A DNA stretch of 64,000 nt from assembly GCA_965235115.1 (NCBI GenBank), contig OZ249453.1, positions 2,232,001 through 2,296,000 of the forward strand. Direction: 5' to 3'. Numbering within the stretch: position 1 is the first letter of the stretch; the number at the start of each line of letters is the position of its first letter. The notes beneath the pieces are model-generated. The model worked only from the letters and a program-made list of their open reading frames with translations, was not told where the DNA came from and searched no databases. Positions 25,604 through 36,898 of the stretch are shown here, one piece after another. Both the position numbers and the translations under genes were made by a program. The DNA comes from Laetmonice hystrix. Its lineage: Eukaryota.

Positions 25604-27825
25604 GACACGACCTTCTATTCATTTTTGACTTATTAGCAGAGAATAGGTAGATACAGAAGTTTCACTGTCATTGAGCTCTATTGTGACGTCATTATTCACA
25701 AGTTGGCCTGGTAGATTATACAACAGTTGCTGTTGGTGCAGTTCAACAGGATAAAAATGGTTAGCAAACTACGAGATAATCGTTTCAATAAATTCATTTG
25801 TAACTCTCGACCTGAAGTGAGCCCAGCTGGGCCCAACAAGAATGGATGCAATTAGATTTCACTCCTTATAACTAATTAAATGTATTAAATGTTACCTTGC
25901 TAAAGGTAAAAAGGTAGCATGAAACACATACCAGCACCTGCCTTTAATGGTACTTTCACATGTATAGCATATATTCAACTATATAACATGCGGCTCAGAT
26001 GAGGACGTAACACCATGACTAGGCCCATGAAATGCTCTCTAGGTTTATCTCAACCTTTCACGTTTCCACAGCGTTCCTGCCTGTCCACAATGTTCCGCGC
26101 CGCTAGGCTGGACTTGAGAGAATTACGGTACCTGATCTTTTTCACACGAACGCTCATATCGAATGCCATGGTCTGTCTTAACAAAGTGTTGCTGTGAAAT
26201 ATCAAGACACTGCCACGCATTTAGTTATAAAATATTTATAGTCTACTACTTGTCTTCATTGATAATTCTATTTTTTTATAATATAAAAACCATAATATTA
26301 TAACGTTGTTAAAATGTGATATGAATAATGATTTAATTTGGATATTCCACGTCCATAGCTCCTGTAACGTCTGTAATATCTTAGCTGAGCTCTGGAGACT
26401 TTGCTCCCCGTTCTACTCAGAGAGATAGGCCTACGTACGGGGTCCAGAGTATCTCCCTTACACGCCTTTCATTCCGACTCTGTGGAGATGAATTAATTAA
26501 TCAATGCAGTGATACCTAAAGCCGGAAGCGGAAGCTAACGGTAATGTAATTATTGTTGGTCGATTTACCGTTTAATTCAAATGACGGGATGACGCTTAAT
26601 CTAACCAGAGCGGTTTAAAGATTATTATCACGACCGACTGACGATTGTTATCGACCGAACTGAGTCCTGAGCTTCATGACAGAGTGATATGACCTGCTAC
26701 CATTTGAGATCATAAATGTCTCTACGATATGCGAGTAATCGATAGCGTTAAGCGAAGTCTAGCGATGGTACTGACAGTCAAGGTGTTAGAGCCTACAGTC
26801 CCGTCACCGGATCACATCAAGACCTGCACCGCCGATTGTATTAGTGGATGGCTATGGGTTGATGACTGCCAAACCGTGTTGAGGGATTCAATTTCAGATG
26901 AAGATGTATACAGTGCTTACCAATGGTTACCAATGGTTACCAATGGTTACCAATCATTTATGCTTACCAATGGTTACCAATGATCAACCATGCATCCCAT
27001 AATGGCAGGCGTAGTTTCCTCATCTAGGGCATATAAACAGTGCATGATTCTAGATTATGATGTACTGAAATTACACTATTAGATTCTTTGTTCTTTACGG
27101 TGAACTCAAACAAGGGTTCAACAAATTTGAAGGAGTCGAACCAAAATAACTTCAAAGTTTGGTATGGTTTCGGCTCTATAACCGTTCTGAAATTTAATAT
27201 CGTTAACAGATGTCAGTTCACAAACGTCCTGAGCAGAATCTAATTAGATAGAAGGAGATTTTGTTTGGTTCTTTCATCAGGGCCACTAAGTGGATTTTTC
27301 AGGGGATAGCGGTTTGGTCCCCTGTGGATCCGTTCCGACCGGGTCATCCATATCAAAATAATTCTTTATATAAGAAACTCTAAAACGCCACTTGAAAGTG
27401 AAACGCCACTTTATGCGATCATCCTTTCCCAGACCCACTGACATCACAATGTAATTTTGTGTTCCCTCGCCGGACAATTTGCTGGATCCGCCACTGGTTG
27501 TTTCGGAGAACGATACGCCATCCTCTGGGTTCAGCAGGATGTCTTCACATGTTCATGTACATACTTCCTTTACTTCACTGTCACCCCCCCCCCCCCCCAA
27601 CACCCCCCCCCTCCCCCTTACCCTCCCCTCCCCCCTCCCCGACCCGGGAGTACGCTTGCTGCAGCAGGTCCAATGGAGACCCGACGGCCTTATTCATCAG
27701 TCTGAACATGCGCAGTGGGTCACGCTTGACGACCTTCACCTGTCACCCGCGGCCTGATTGGCTGGACCCCAAACGAGGCTGGACGGAGGTGAGCCGAGAA
27801 CTGTCTGCCCTTGTCCATTCTGGCA

Positions 27826-28002
27826 ACCTTCGGCGGGTTGTCTTCGGTAATGTTCGGCGGATTCTCTTCGGTAATGTTCGGCGGATTCTCTTCGGTAATG
27901 TTCAGTAGGTTCTCTTCGGTAATGTTCGGTAGGTTCTCTTCGGTAATATTCGGTAGGTTCTCTTCGGTAATGTTCGGTAGGTTCTCTTCGGTAATGTTCA
28001 GC
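27826..28002. repeat. 24-bp minisatellite, about 7 copies
   Basis: Unit ttctcttcggtaatgttcggtagg. Confidence 0.9.
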
Positions 28003-29133
28003 GGATTGATAAACGTATACGTCTCTGGTACATAACGCGGCATTCACTGAACAGGAGGAAACGAAGCGGCGCGGATCCTGCAGGCAGTAAACAGTCTCTA
28101 ATATAGTCCACTACAGATTTTTTAATATGCGTTAATGAATTCCTATATTACATCGAATTTTAATTATGGTTCTGATGTACAGGATCTACTGTAGATTATG
28201 ATGATGTTCAGGTACTGAAATTGCATTACGTAATACGCTCTATTACGTTGGAATCCATCTGGCAACCTTCGACAGGTGCCAGTCGGCATTTTCTATCACC
28301 GGAAGTCCCGGCATTCCCTATAACAGGAAGTAGTGCTATCCCAGAGAAACACTGCACCAGAGGTGATTTCTTGGCCGCTTGGGGGCCAGAGTGGTCCTTG
28401 TCAATATGTATTCTGTGTTGTTATTGGTCCATTCTTTACCGCGTGATCACGATAAAATCTTCGAATCGTATTCCGTTCTTTCCGGTTTCAGGTCTGAGGT
28501 AATACAGATGTAACAACGCAAATATAGCCATTTATATGGTGCACCGCGAAACCTTTTTTACACTTATATTAATATGAGCACTCCTAGTGCAGACTGCCCT
28601 ATACCGCCCTATAGGACTAACCGGCCATGGACGAGACACGAGGTGTAGTAATTTGATTAGAATACCTGAAGATCAAAGCTCCGACCAGTGGGTCTGCCAT
28701 GGAGGGCTAAGGTCAATGGGTACATGTCCTGGAGGTCAGCACGTCAATGTGTGGAGAGGACTGTACTGGGAGTGTGTGATGTAGATCCCATAGATTAATA
28801 AATCTACATCTTTATTGAAGAGATGTAATCGTATGTCCCACTGGACGTCCGCCTCCATACGTAATGTAAGAAACTCTAAGAGACATACAGATCTCTCCAT
28901 CGTTCTTTTACTGTTAGATTTCACCCATGATGAGTTCCAATCATATTAACCTATAATCTAAGTTATGTACAATCATTAGCCCTGGCTGTATACGTATTAA
29001 AGCTGGCTTAACCACGCATAGGGGCCGCCATAATATCGCTCATACATATTTAATTCCTCGTATCAAATTCTATGTAGATCTAAAGTCCGTCCTACATAAC
29101 GCGGGCAGCCAAGGTTAGTTTGGGTCCACCTAA

Positions 29134-29443
29134 TGTGTGTTATATTGTAGTGTGTGTTATATTGTAGTGTGTTATATTGTAGTGTGTGTTATATTGTAGT
29201 GTGTGTTATATTGTAGTGTGTGTTATATTGTAGGGTGTGTTATATTGTAGGGTGTGTTATATTGTAGTGTGTTATATTGTAATTTGTGTTATATTGTAGT
29301 AGTGTGTGTTATATTGCAGTGTGTTATATTGTAGTAGTGTGTGTTATATAGTAGTAGTGTGTGTTATATTGTAGTGTGTTATATTGTAGTAGTGTGTGTT
29401 ATATTGTAGTAGTGTGTTATATTGTAGTGTGTGTTATATTGTA
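29134..29443. repeat. 13-18-bp degenerate minisatellite
   Basis: Unit gtgtgttatattgta(gta). Confidence 0.9.
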
Positions 29444-30301
29444 GCCACAAACTGGTTGTTCATACGGAAGCCACATGGGGGTTAGCTAGCCTTGAGATGT
29501 CTGCTTGCTCCCCACGGCTGTCAGTCTATGGTGGCACACTGTATGCACTCAGTAGAAGCACTGATGCCCAGGACCTGCGGCGTGCACACAGAGTGTGTCG
29601 GTGTGGACGCCATTACAGGAATTATCATTGGGTTTTTTACATTGTAACGGGTAGGATACCTATACACACCCGTATTAAATCTTCCTGCACAAATAACTGG
29701 ACTTGAATCTCGATGTGTTAGACACACAAAACACAAATCTATCTGGGGCATGAATTTACGGCATACATGGTCGTTACTATCATGTAGGACATGTAGAAAA
29801 TGTAGTTTACTCCCACGCTTGGGTTTTGGTGGAGTTTGAGTCAAATATTTGCGTATATGAGCTGTATCTCAGTCTTGCGGCCGAGATCTTGCGGCTAGTC
29901 AGTTTAGGCAGAAAATTTGGAATCAAGTTCTATGAAAACAAAAAGGAAGTGATTATTGACCCGGCAACCGGCTGCAGTATCGAGAATTTGCGGTTGTTTA
30001 CCCGGCAGCCGGCTCCCCAGTGAAGAAACCCGAACGTTCATTGTTGTGTACCCGGCATTGCCGGGCATGGAAGGCTTAATTTTTTCACTGAGACCCCGGC
30101 TGGCCCGGTCCCGGGCCTGAAACACGCGTTGACTTTCTTTCCCTCTAGTCTAGGCCCATACTTTTAGCCTTTTAAGTTTGGTTTAAGTTTAGGTTAGGTA
30201 TAGGCGCCTACCCGTGAAGCTATGGTAAAAGCTAGGGTCGGGGGCATGCCCCCCAGAAATATTTGAAATCGGATGTTGAAAATGGGCCAGGGGTTTAATC
30301 C

Positions 30302-30835
30302 AGCATACCTCATGAAAACCACCAGGAAAAACGGTATCTAGTACACTCGCATACCTCATGAAAACCGCCAGGAAAAACGGTATCTAGTACACTCGCATAC
30401 CTCATGAAAACAGCCAGGAAAAACGGTATCTAGTACACTCGCATACATCATGAACCCTCCAGGAAAAACGGTATCTAGTACACTGTCATACCTCATGAAA
30501 ACCGCCAGGAAAAACGGTATCTAGTACGTCAGTGTATATCAATGTACCAGTACGTCAGTGTATATCAATGTACCAGTACGTCAGTGTATATCAATGTACC
30601 AGTACGTCAGTGTATATCAATGTACCAGTCGTCAGTGTATATCATTGTACCACTACGTCAGTGTATATCAATGTACCAGTACGTCAGTGTATATCAATGT
30701 ACCAGTACGTCAGTGTATATCAATGTACCAGTACGTCAGTGTATATCAATGTACCAGTACGTCAGTGTATATCAATGTACTAGTACGTCAGTGTATATCA
30801 ATGTACCAGTACATCAGTGTATATCAATGTACTAT
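30302..30835. repeat. Abutting 46-bp (about 5 copies) and 26-bp (about 12 copies) arrays
   Basis: Units gcatacctcatgaaaaccgccaggaaaaacggtatctagtacactc and gtacgtcagtgtatatcaatgtacca. Confidence 0.9.
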
Positions 30836-33111
30836 CAGGTTTAATCGTTACTGAATACATACCTATATAACTATGGAATGATAACGACAACAATATCCCG
30901 GATATCTTGTGTTAATTTATAAAATATCCGATATATTTGTCTTAACCTCTGGTTGACCCAACCACTGTGCCCATACACGGGCCCTATATTCACGTCTATC
31001 GCGTCCTCATGGCTTCATGTTGGTTGGACAAAGGATTCAACTTCCAGAAGAGTGAATCAATGAATGGTCGTGAATAACCGGAGTATTGAATGAAAACGAG
31101 GCTGTGCTGACAATAGGACATATGGTGACGTTTAACAAGAAATGGCGGCCCAGTACACTTGTGTATGATGAGGTGAACTAACGCCTGGGGCTTCGATTCC
31201 ATGCTAGGGGTATGGTAGGCAGTCATCATGAAATACAGGATTCATAATATAGGGGTATAGTCAAACCATTATATTATACATTATACCATAAAGGTATATT
31301 TATACCATAATGGTGTATTCATACCATAGTGGCATACTCATTTTAAACCCGTTTATATCGCCCATGCTTGTCGTACTTGTTAGTCTATATTGCATGTCGG
31401 AGGGATAGTTCTATTCTGCATGCCCTGCTAGGCTCGAGGCGGGGTCGAGATCTTATTCAGGGCATGCAGCAAGGGAGACTGACAAACGAAAGCAATATCT
31501 ACATTAGTACACTGCTGGGAGTACAGATCGCATTAGGCCCTTATAAAACTCCATTATCGGGGCATAATATACCTTTTAGCAGGACCAAAGTGTGATAATG
31601 TAGGATATAATAACTAAGCCGTTGTGCAGATGGTACTCCAGAATCTCCCGCAGGTAGGAACTGTTTACGTCACCCCAGGGTAAAGTATCTCTGCGCCCTT
31701 GTATGTATAGCGGCAGGTGTGCTATACACCCACATTTATTGATTAGAACTGACATACCCTAACATCAAGGAACACGGGCCAACCAGCTAAAGGCATCAGC
31801 CAACACAGGGCACACGATGTGTGTGGTAACTACTGCTGAGGGGGTCGCATTCTACATGGAGAGATAAATACATTAAGGTTACTGGCAGACTCCGCATCGA
31901 CGGGCAATAATATNNNNNNNNNNNNNNNNNNNNNNNNNNNNNNNNNNNNNNNNNNNNNNNNNNNNNNNNNNNNNNNNNNNNNNNNNNNNNNNNNNNNNNN
32001 NNNNNNNNNNNNNNNNNNNNNNNNNNNNNNNNNNNNNNNNNNNNNNNNNNNNNNNNNNNNNNNNNNNNNNNNNNNNNNNNNNNNNNNNNNNNNNNNNNNN
32101 NNNNNNNNNNNNNNNNNNNNNNNNNNNNNNNNNNNNNNNNNNNNNNNNNNNNNNNNNNNNNNNNNNNNNNNNNNNNNNNNNNNNNNNNNNNNNNNNNNNN
32201 NNNNNNNNNNNNNNNNNNNNNNNNNNNNNNNNNNNNNNNNNNNNNNNNNNNNNNNNNNNNNNNNNNNNNNNNNNNNNNNNNNNNNNNNNNNNNNNNNNNN
32301 NNNNNNNNNNNNNNNNNNNNNNNNNNNNNNNNNNNNNNNNNNNNNNNNNNNNNNNNNACATTATTAGAGTTTAGTTAAACATCAGTGCAGAAATTTATCA
32401 CAGGTGATATTATTACCCTTCCAACACTTCAGCATTAGTTGTAAACCAATGTAAACCAATCAACCCCTCTTCTGGTTTATACCGAGAGTTCTCAAACTAA
32501 ATATATAACAGGGCATCAATAATAATGTCAGTACTGGTCGAGGAGCATTGATCGTCAACAGTTTGCTACATTGGGTTTAAATCCCCCCGACCTATATACC
32601 CACCTTTACATATTTTACTTCATGCCATCACTGTGGTCGAGAATCTGTACAAACTGCTTCAATTTGTTTGTTATTTGGTATAATGTAACTTCAGCAGGAA
32701 ACCTTTCGGTAAATCAAGTTTACAATCCTGAAAAGTGAGCATGCAACCTGAAATATACACGAACAATCGCGTGCACGACATAATGTTGACATTTCCATCC
32801 CAGTATGAGCCAGAGGTAAAATTGATCGAGAACGAACAGAACATCTATTGTCTGCCTCAGTATTCCAGTCCACTGAATGCCAGAGACAAGGCGAGAGGTT
32901 AAAATCATTAGGTTGGTCCGTGCAATTTCCAGGGCTCATATTGAACGGTGAGTTCATTAATAGAACATGGCCTGTGCGTGTATACGATGTTTGTAACGGG
33001 TACCTGGGGCAGAAAGTGGCAAGGTGGGGTACGGGGGGTAACGGGGAGGGGGTGAGAGAAACGGGGGCAGGGTAGAGAGGGTAAAAGTAAAGGGGGTTCA
33101 AGTCCACCTAC

Positions 33112-35656
33112 CTTGTTGTCGAAACCAATCGTGGTTGGTAATACTAATGATGGTAAGAAGTAAAGCAATCAGGCTGAGTAAGGTTCCCACGTATCGACAT
33201 CGAGTGAACATTGAATGATCCCAGAACGCCACCAGATTGTTCCACTGGGACACCGTCAATTTTACCTCCTCTTTGGCTGATTTCTTCCTCCTCCGGGAGA
33301 TCACGGGTACGGTCACCGTGCTGACGACCACAGGTTTTTGGTCACTTGGTCTGTCGTTGTTATCTCCGAACGGAGTGTCATCAAAACCGAACTGGTCCTC
33401 GCATAAAACATGTTGCGATTCCAACTCGGCGGATACAAACATCACTGATTCTTTCCTCGCCTTACGGACTGGAGTGCTGACTCGAGTTTTTTCCATCTCC
33501 TTTTGCCGCTGTTCGAGATTGTCGAGTCGTTTTTTGAAAGAGTTGCGTCTGTCTTGTGACCAGGTAAGCCAGGTGGAGTTGGTGTGAACGCCAAGGAAAC
33601 GCCCTGACCCACTCCGGCTGAGGGTGGGCGTGTCAGTCGGAGTGTATGACCCCCGGCGCACGTCCGATCCACGCCTACCAACGTCGATGACAATTTCAGG
33701 GTTGGGCCCCCTCCCCCCTCCCCCACCCCCTACCTGGGTGGCTGGCATACCTGGCCGACCCACCTCATGGCCGTCAGTGCGAGCCTGGCCGTACAGAGTC
33801 AAGTCCAGTCCATGCTCGATCGCCGCCGATGTTAACTTGCGATCTCGGCTCATGGTTTTGTCGGCCGACTGGACCCGACGGCCTGACGTCGAGGGGGGTC
33901 CGGCCGGTCCGGTGTTGCTGCTCGGCCGGCGCCGTGTTGGGGTGGTAGTCGTACCTGGGGTTGTGATGACTCGACTGGTGCTAGCGTTCGTAGTGGTAGG
34001 TGTAGTGATGAAGCTAACATACGTATGATGGCGACTGCTACCGTTACCTTCTCCTCCTCCTCCTCCCCCTCCTCCTCCTCCTCCTCCTCCTCTGCCGCCG
34101 CCCCCGCGCTGTTGTTGAGCCCCAGCAGGGTGTTGGTTGTTGTTGTTGTTGTTGCTAGTCTGGAGGATAGCAGCAGCTGGTCGACTTGTTGACTGATGTT
34201 CCTGCTGATGTTCCGTACCACCGCTGATGGCGCCACCAGCACCGCTGGATCCAGCCGTTGCACCACCCCCACCACTGACACCACCACCACCGCCCGGTGG
34301 AGAGTCTTTCACGCTGACGTCGCTCCTCCTGCGGGCGGCCACTCGGCGCGCTGCATGCCGGGATGGTCGACCGTCCGATACAAGCGTCGGGTCGTGGAGC
34401 GCCGAGGGTGGGGTACCTGTAACCTCTCGGTCAGGACCTGTGGGCGAGCGGCGGTGGTGGTGGTGCGGGTGGTGGCGATGATCAGGGTGTTGTTGGCGGT
34501 GGCGATGATGATGATGATGATAATGATGATGCCGGGATGACGGGTCAGTAGTACCTGAGGCGGCCGCCAGGTTGCCATCTGACATATGATGTCTACGGCG
34601 TGGGAGCGGGTCGTCCGTTCGGCGCCTCGCACCTGTGGCGGAGGTGGTGGTGCTAGCGGTGCTACCTGCGGTTCCGGGGCCACCACCACCACCGGCCCCA
34701 CCGGCACCACCGGCACCACCGGCCCCAGAGCCAGCAGTACTCGAGTCACGGCGGCCAGGGTTATAGTGCCGCCGTGAGTGATGACGTGAGCCGTGGTGGT
34801 CCTCTCTGTCATGACCCCCCGGACCGTGGGGATTCCCGACACTGTCAGCAGCACTGCCCGGCCGGGAGGCGTCGTGGGAGGTCGACCCATGCCGGGATCC
34901 CGGGTTGTGGGGGTTTAGGGGATCCCCCCACTGACCACGTGGGTTTGAGGGATCCCCCCACTGACCACGTGGGTTTGATGTACCCGCCCATTGACCACGT
35001 GGGTTTGGTGTGTCCCCCCACTGACCACGTAGATTTGGTGGGTCCGCCCACTGACCACGTGGGTTCGGGGTTTCCCCCCACTGACCACGTGGGTTCGGGG
35101 TTTCCCCCCACTGACCACGTGTTTGAGAGAGATTCCTTTCACTAGAGTAGCGCTCGTCAGGGCGAGACCGTTCAAGAGACGGACTCCGTGCCCCCCGCCT
35201 CGGGTTTCCAGGGTTATCCCCGTGTCCCCTTCCCCTTGGGTTGGGGTTGGGGTTTGGATTGGGGTTGGGGTTGGGGTTATTACCACCTGGGTTGTGCCCG
35301 AGAGGTAGCCGCATGCCCCTGGACCCTCGAGGGTTGTTGGGGCTGACGTGAGGGTTGTCAATGGGTGAGGGGTCGTACGCCCCTGTCGGGGAGGGAACTG
35401 TGTCTCCATATCCACTCGTCTCGGTCGAGCTGAGCGTATGAATCCGCTGTAAACTGTCCCCGAGTCCCGACGTCTCCGCCGAGCTGTGAGCGTGGATCTT
35501 CTGAAGGCTGTCCAGTCGATCTAACTTATCTCCGTAATCATGTAACGGGATGGATTCCCTGGGACTGGGTTTCCTGGGGAACATGTCCCGACCCTTACCG
35601 TGGACAATAATCCCACCTATACCATCGTCCGTGGGACTTTCATTGCCATAGTCCAT
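33112..35656 (-). CDS. Coding exon 1 of a claudin/PMP22-superfamily-like membrane protein: about 820 aa low-complexity N-terminus + TM1 + start of extracellular loop 1
   Basis: 858-codon open frame. The ORF finder start at 35674 is GTG; the first ATG is at 35656 in a strong Kozak context (CGCGCCATGG). The frame ends in the hydrophobic helix YVGTLLSLIALLLTIISI (33193-33140), then TNHDWFRQQ, then a phase-1 donor CAAG|GTAGGT (GT at 33111-33110). It joins in frame to the exon at 3077. Confidence 0.8.
34911..35122 (-). repeat. Coding 30-bp repeat, 7 copies (decapeptide RGQW[GA]xxxNP)
   Basis: The (c/t)tgaccacg core recurs at 34931, 34961, 34991, 35021, 35051, 35081 and 35111, inside coding exon 1 of the claudin-like gene. 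Confidence 0.9.
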
Positions 35657-35915
35657 GGCGCGGGGTGTGGTCACCTGCTGGCCTAACCGTAGCCACTGCT
35701 CCGGTCTGACCTAACTAATATCCTTCCTTGATGTCGGCAGCCATGGAGATATAGAGTTGAGAACTAGAAGAACGCCATGGGTGCGGGCTGTCAGGTCGGT
35801 TTGAGATAATCCAATGTGTATGCGGACCAGACAGGCCCGTGGTTCCCACGGTCGGTCCTCGAGACGCGCTGGCGGACACTGCATCCATGCGGTCAGCCCA
35901 CAGTCGTGGGCCGGT

Positions 35916-36676
35916 GTCTGAGGTCTGCTGCAGGGTCATCGTACCTCCAGGCTATATACTGGAGGACAGAGTCTGAGGTCTGCTCCAGGATCATCCTACC
36001 TCCAGGCTATATACTGGAGGACAGTGTTTGAGGTCTGCTCCAGGATCATCTTACCTCCAGGCTATATACTGGAGGACGCCGTCTGAGGTCTGCTCCAGGA
36101 TCATCCTATCTCCAGGCTATATACTGGAGGACGCCGTCTGAGGTCTGCTCCAGGATCATCCTACCTCCAGGCTATACACTGGAGGACGCCGTCTGAGGTC
36201 TGCTCCAGGATCATCCTATCTCCAGGCTATATACTGGAGGACGCCGTCTGAGGTCTGCCCAGGATCATCCTATCTCCAGGCTATATACTGGAGGACGCCG
36301 TCTGAGGTCTGTTCCAGGATCATCCTATTTCCAGGCTATATACTGGAGGACGCCGTCTGAGGTCTGTTCCAGGATCATCCTATTTCCAGGCTATATACTG
36401 GAGGACGCCGTCTGAGGTCTGTTCCAGGATCATCCTATTTCCAGGCTATATACTGGAGGACGCCGTCTGAGGTCTGCCCAGGATCGTCCTACCTCCAGGC
36501 TATACACTGGAGGACGCCGTCTGAGGTCTGCCCAGGATCATCCTACCTCCAGGCTATACACTGGAGGACGCCGTCTGAGGTCTGCCCAGGATCATCCTAC
36601 CTCCAGGCTATATACTGGAGGACGCCGTCTGAGGTCTGCTCCAGGATCATCCTATCTCCAGGCCACACACTGGAGG
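35916..36676. repeat. 55-bp minisatellite, about 14 copies, with an internal hairpin
   Basis: Unit gtctgaggtctgctccaggatcatcctacctccaggctatatactggaggacgcc; stem CCTCCAG/CTGGAGG. Confidence 0.92.
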
Positions 36677-36884
36677 AAGAAGATGTTCCAGGAGCCACTC
36701 ACAACTGGCGGCCAATCAAGGAACATACGAGCAGCGTGTGAATTATTTATCTACTAGGATCCTATACCGTACTTCTGCACACCATTCGGAGCACGCACAA
36801 AGAATATTTAGTCGGCACCCCGCGGTTCGATTGTCTGTGTGCGTTTAGACAGATAGAGTCCCACCAGGATATGGTCAATGGGAG

Positions 36885-36898
36885 GTCGCCATGGTAAC
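36885..36898. promoter_or_regulatory. RFX X-box motif
   Basis: GTCGCCATGGTAAC, 1.2 kb upstream of the claudin-like ATG. Confidence 0.45.

Noticed and set aside
27286-27560. Protein-like minus-strand frame (…NYIVMSVGLGKDDRIKWRFTFKWRF…)
   Set aside because: Bounded by an upstream stop with no convincing acceptor; no family motif recognised.
33237-35415. Many overlapping or antisense ORFs around the large exon
   Set aside because: Shadow frames of a GC-rich, low-complexity coding exon; no independent motifs.
35657-35674. ORF-track start (MTTPRA...) of the 858-aa ORF
   Set aside because: That codon is GTG immediately after a candidate acceptor CAG; the Kozak-context ATG at 35656 is the better eukaryotic start.
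35916-36676. CRISPR-like appearance of palindromic repeats (also 21280-21449)
   Set aside because: Units are head-to-tail with no unique spacers, there are no cas genes, and the context is eukaryotic.
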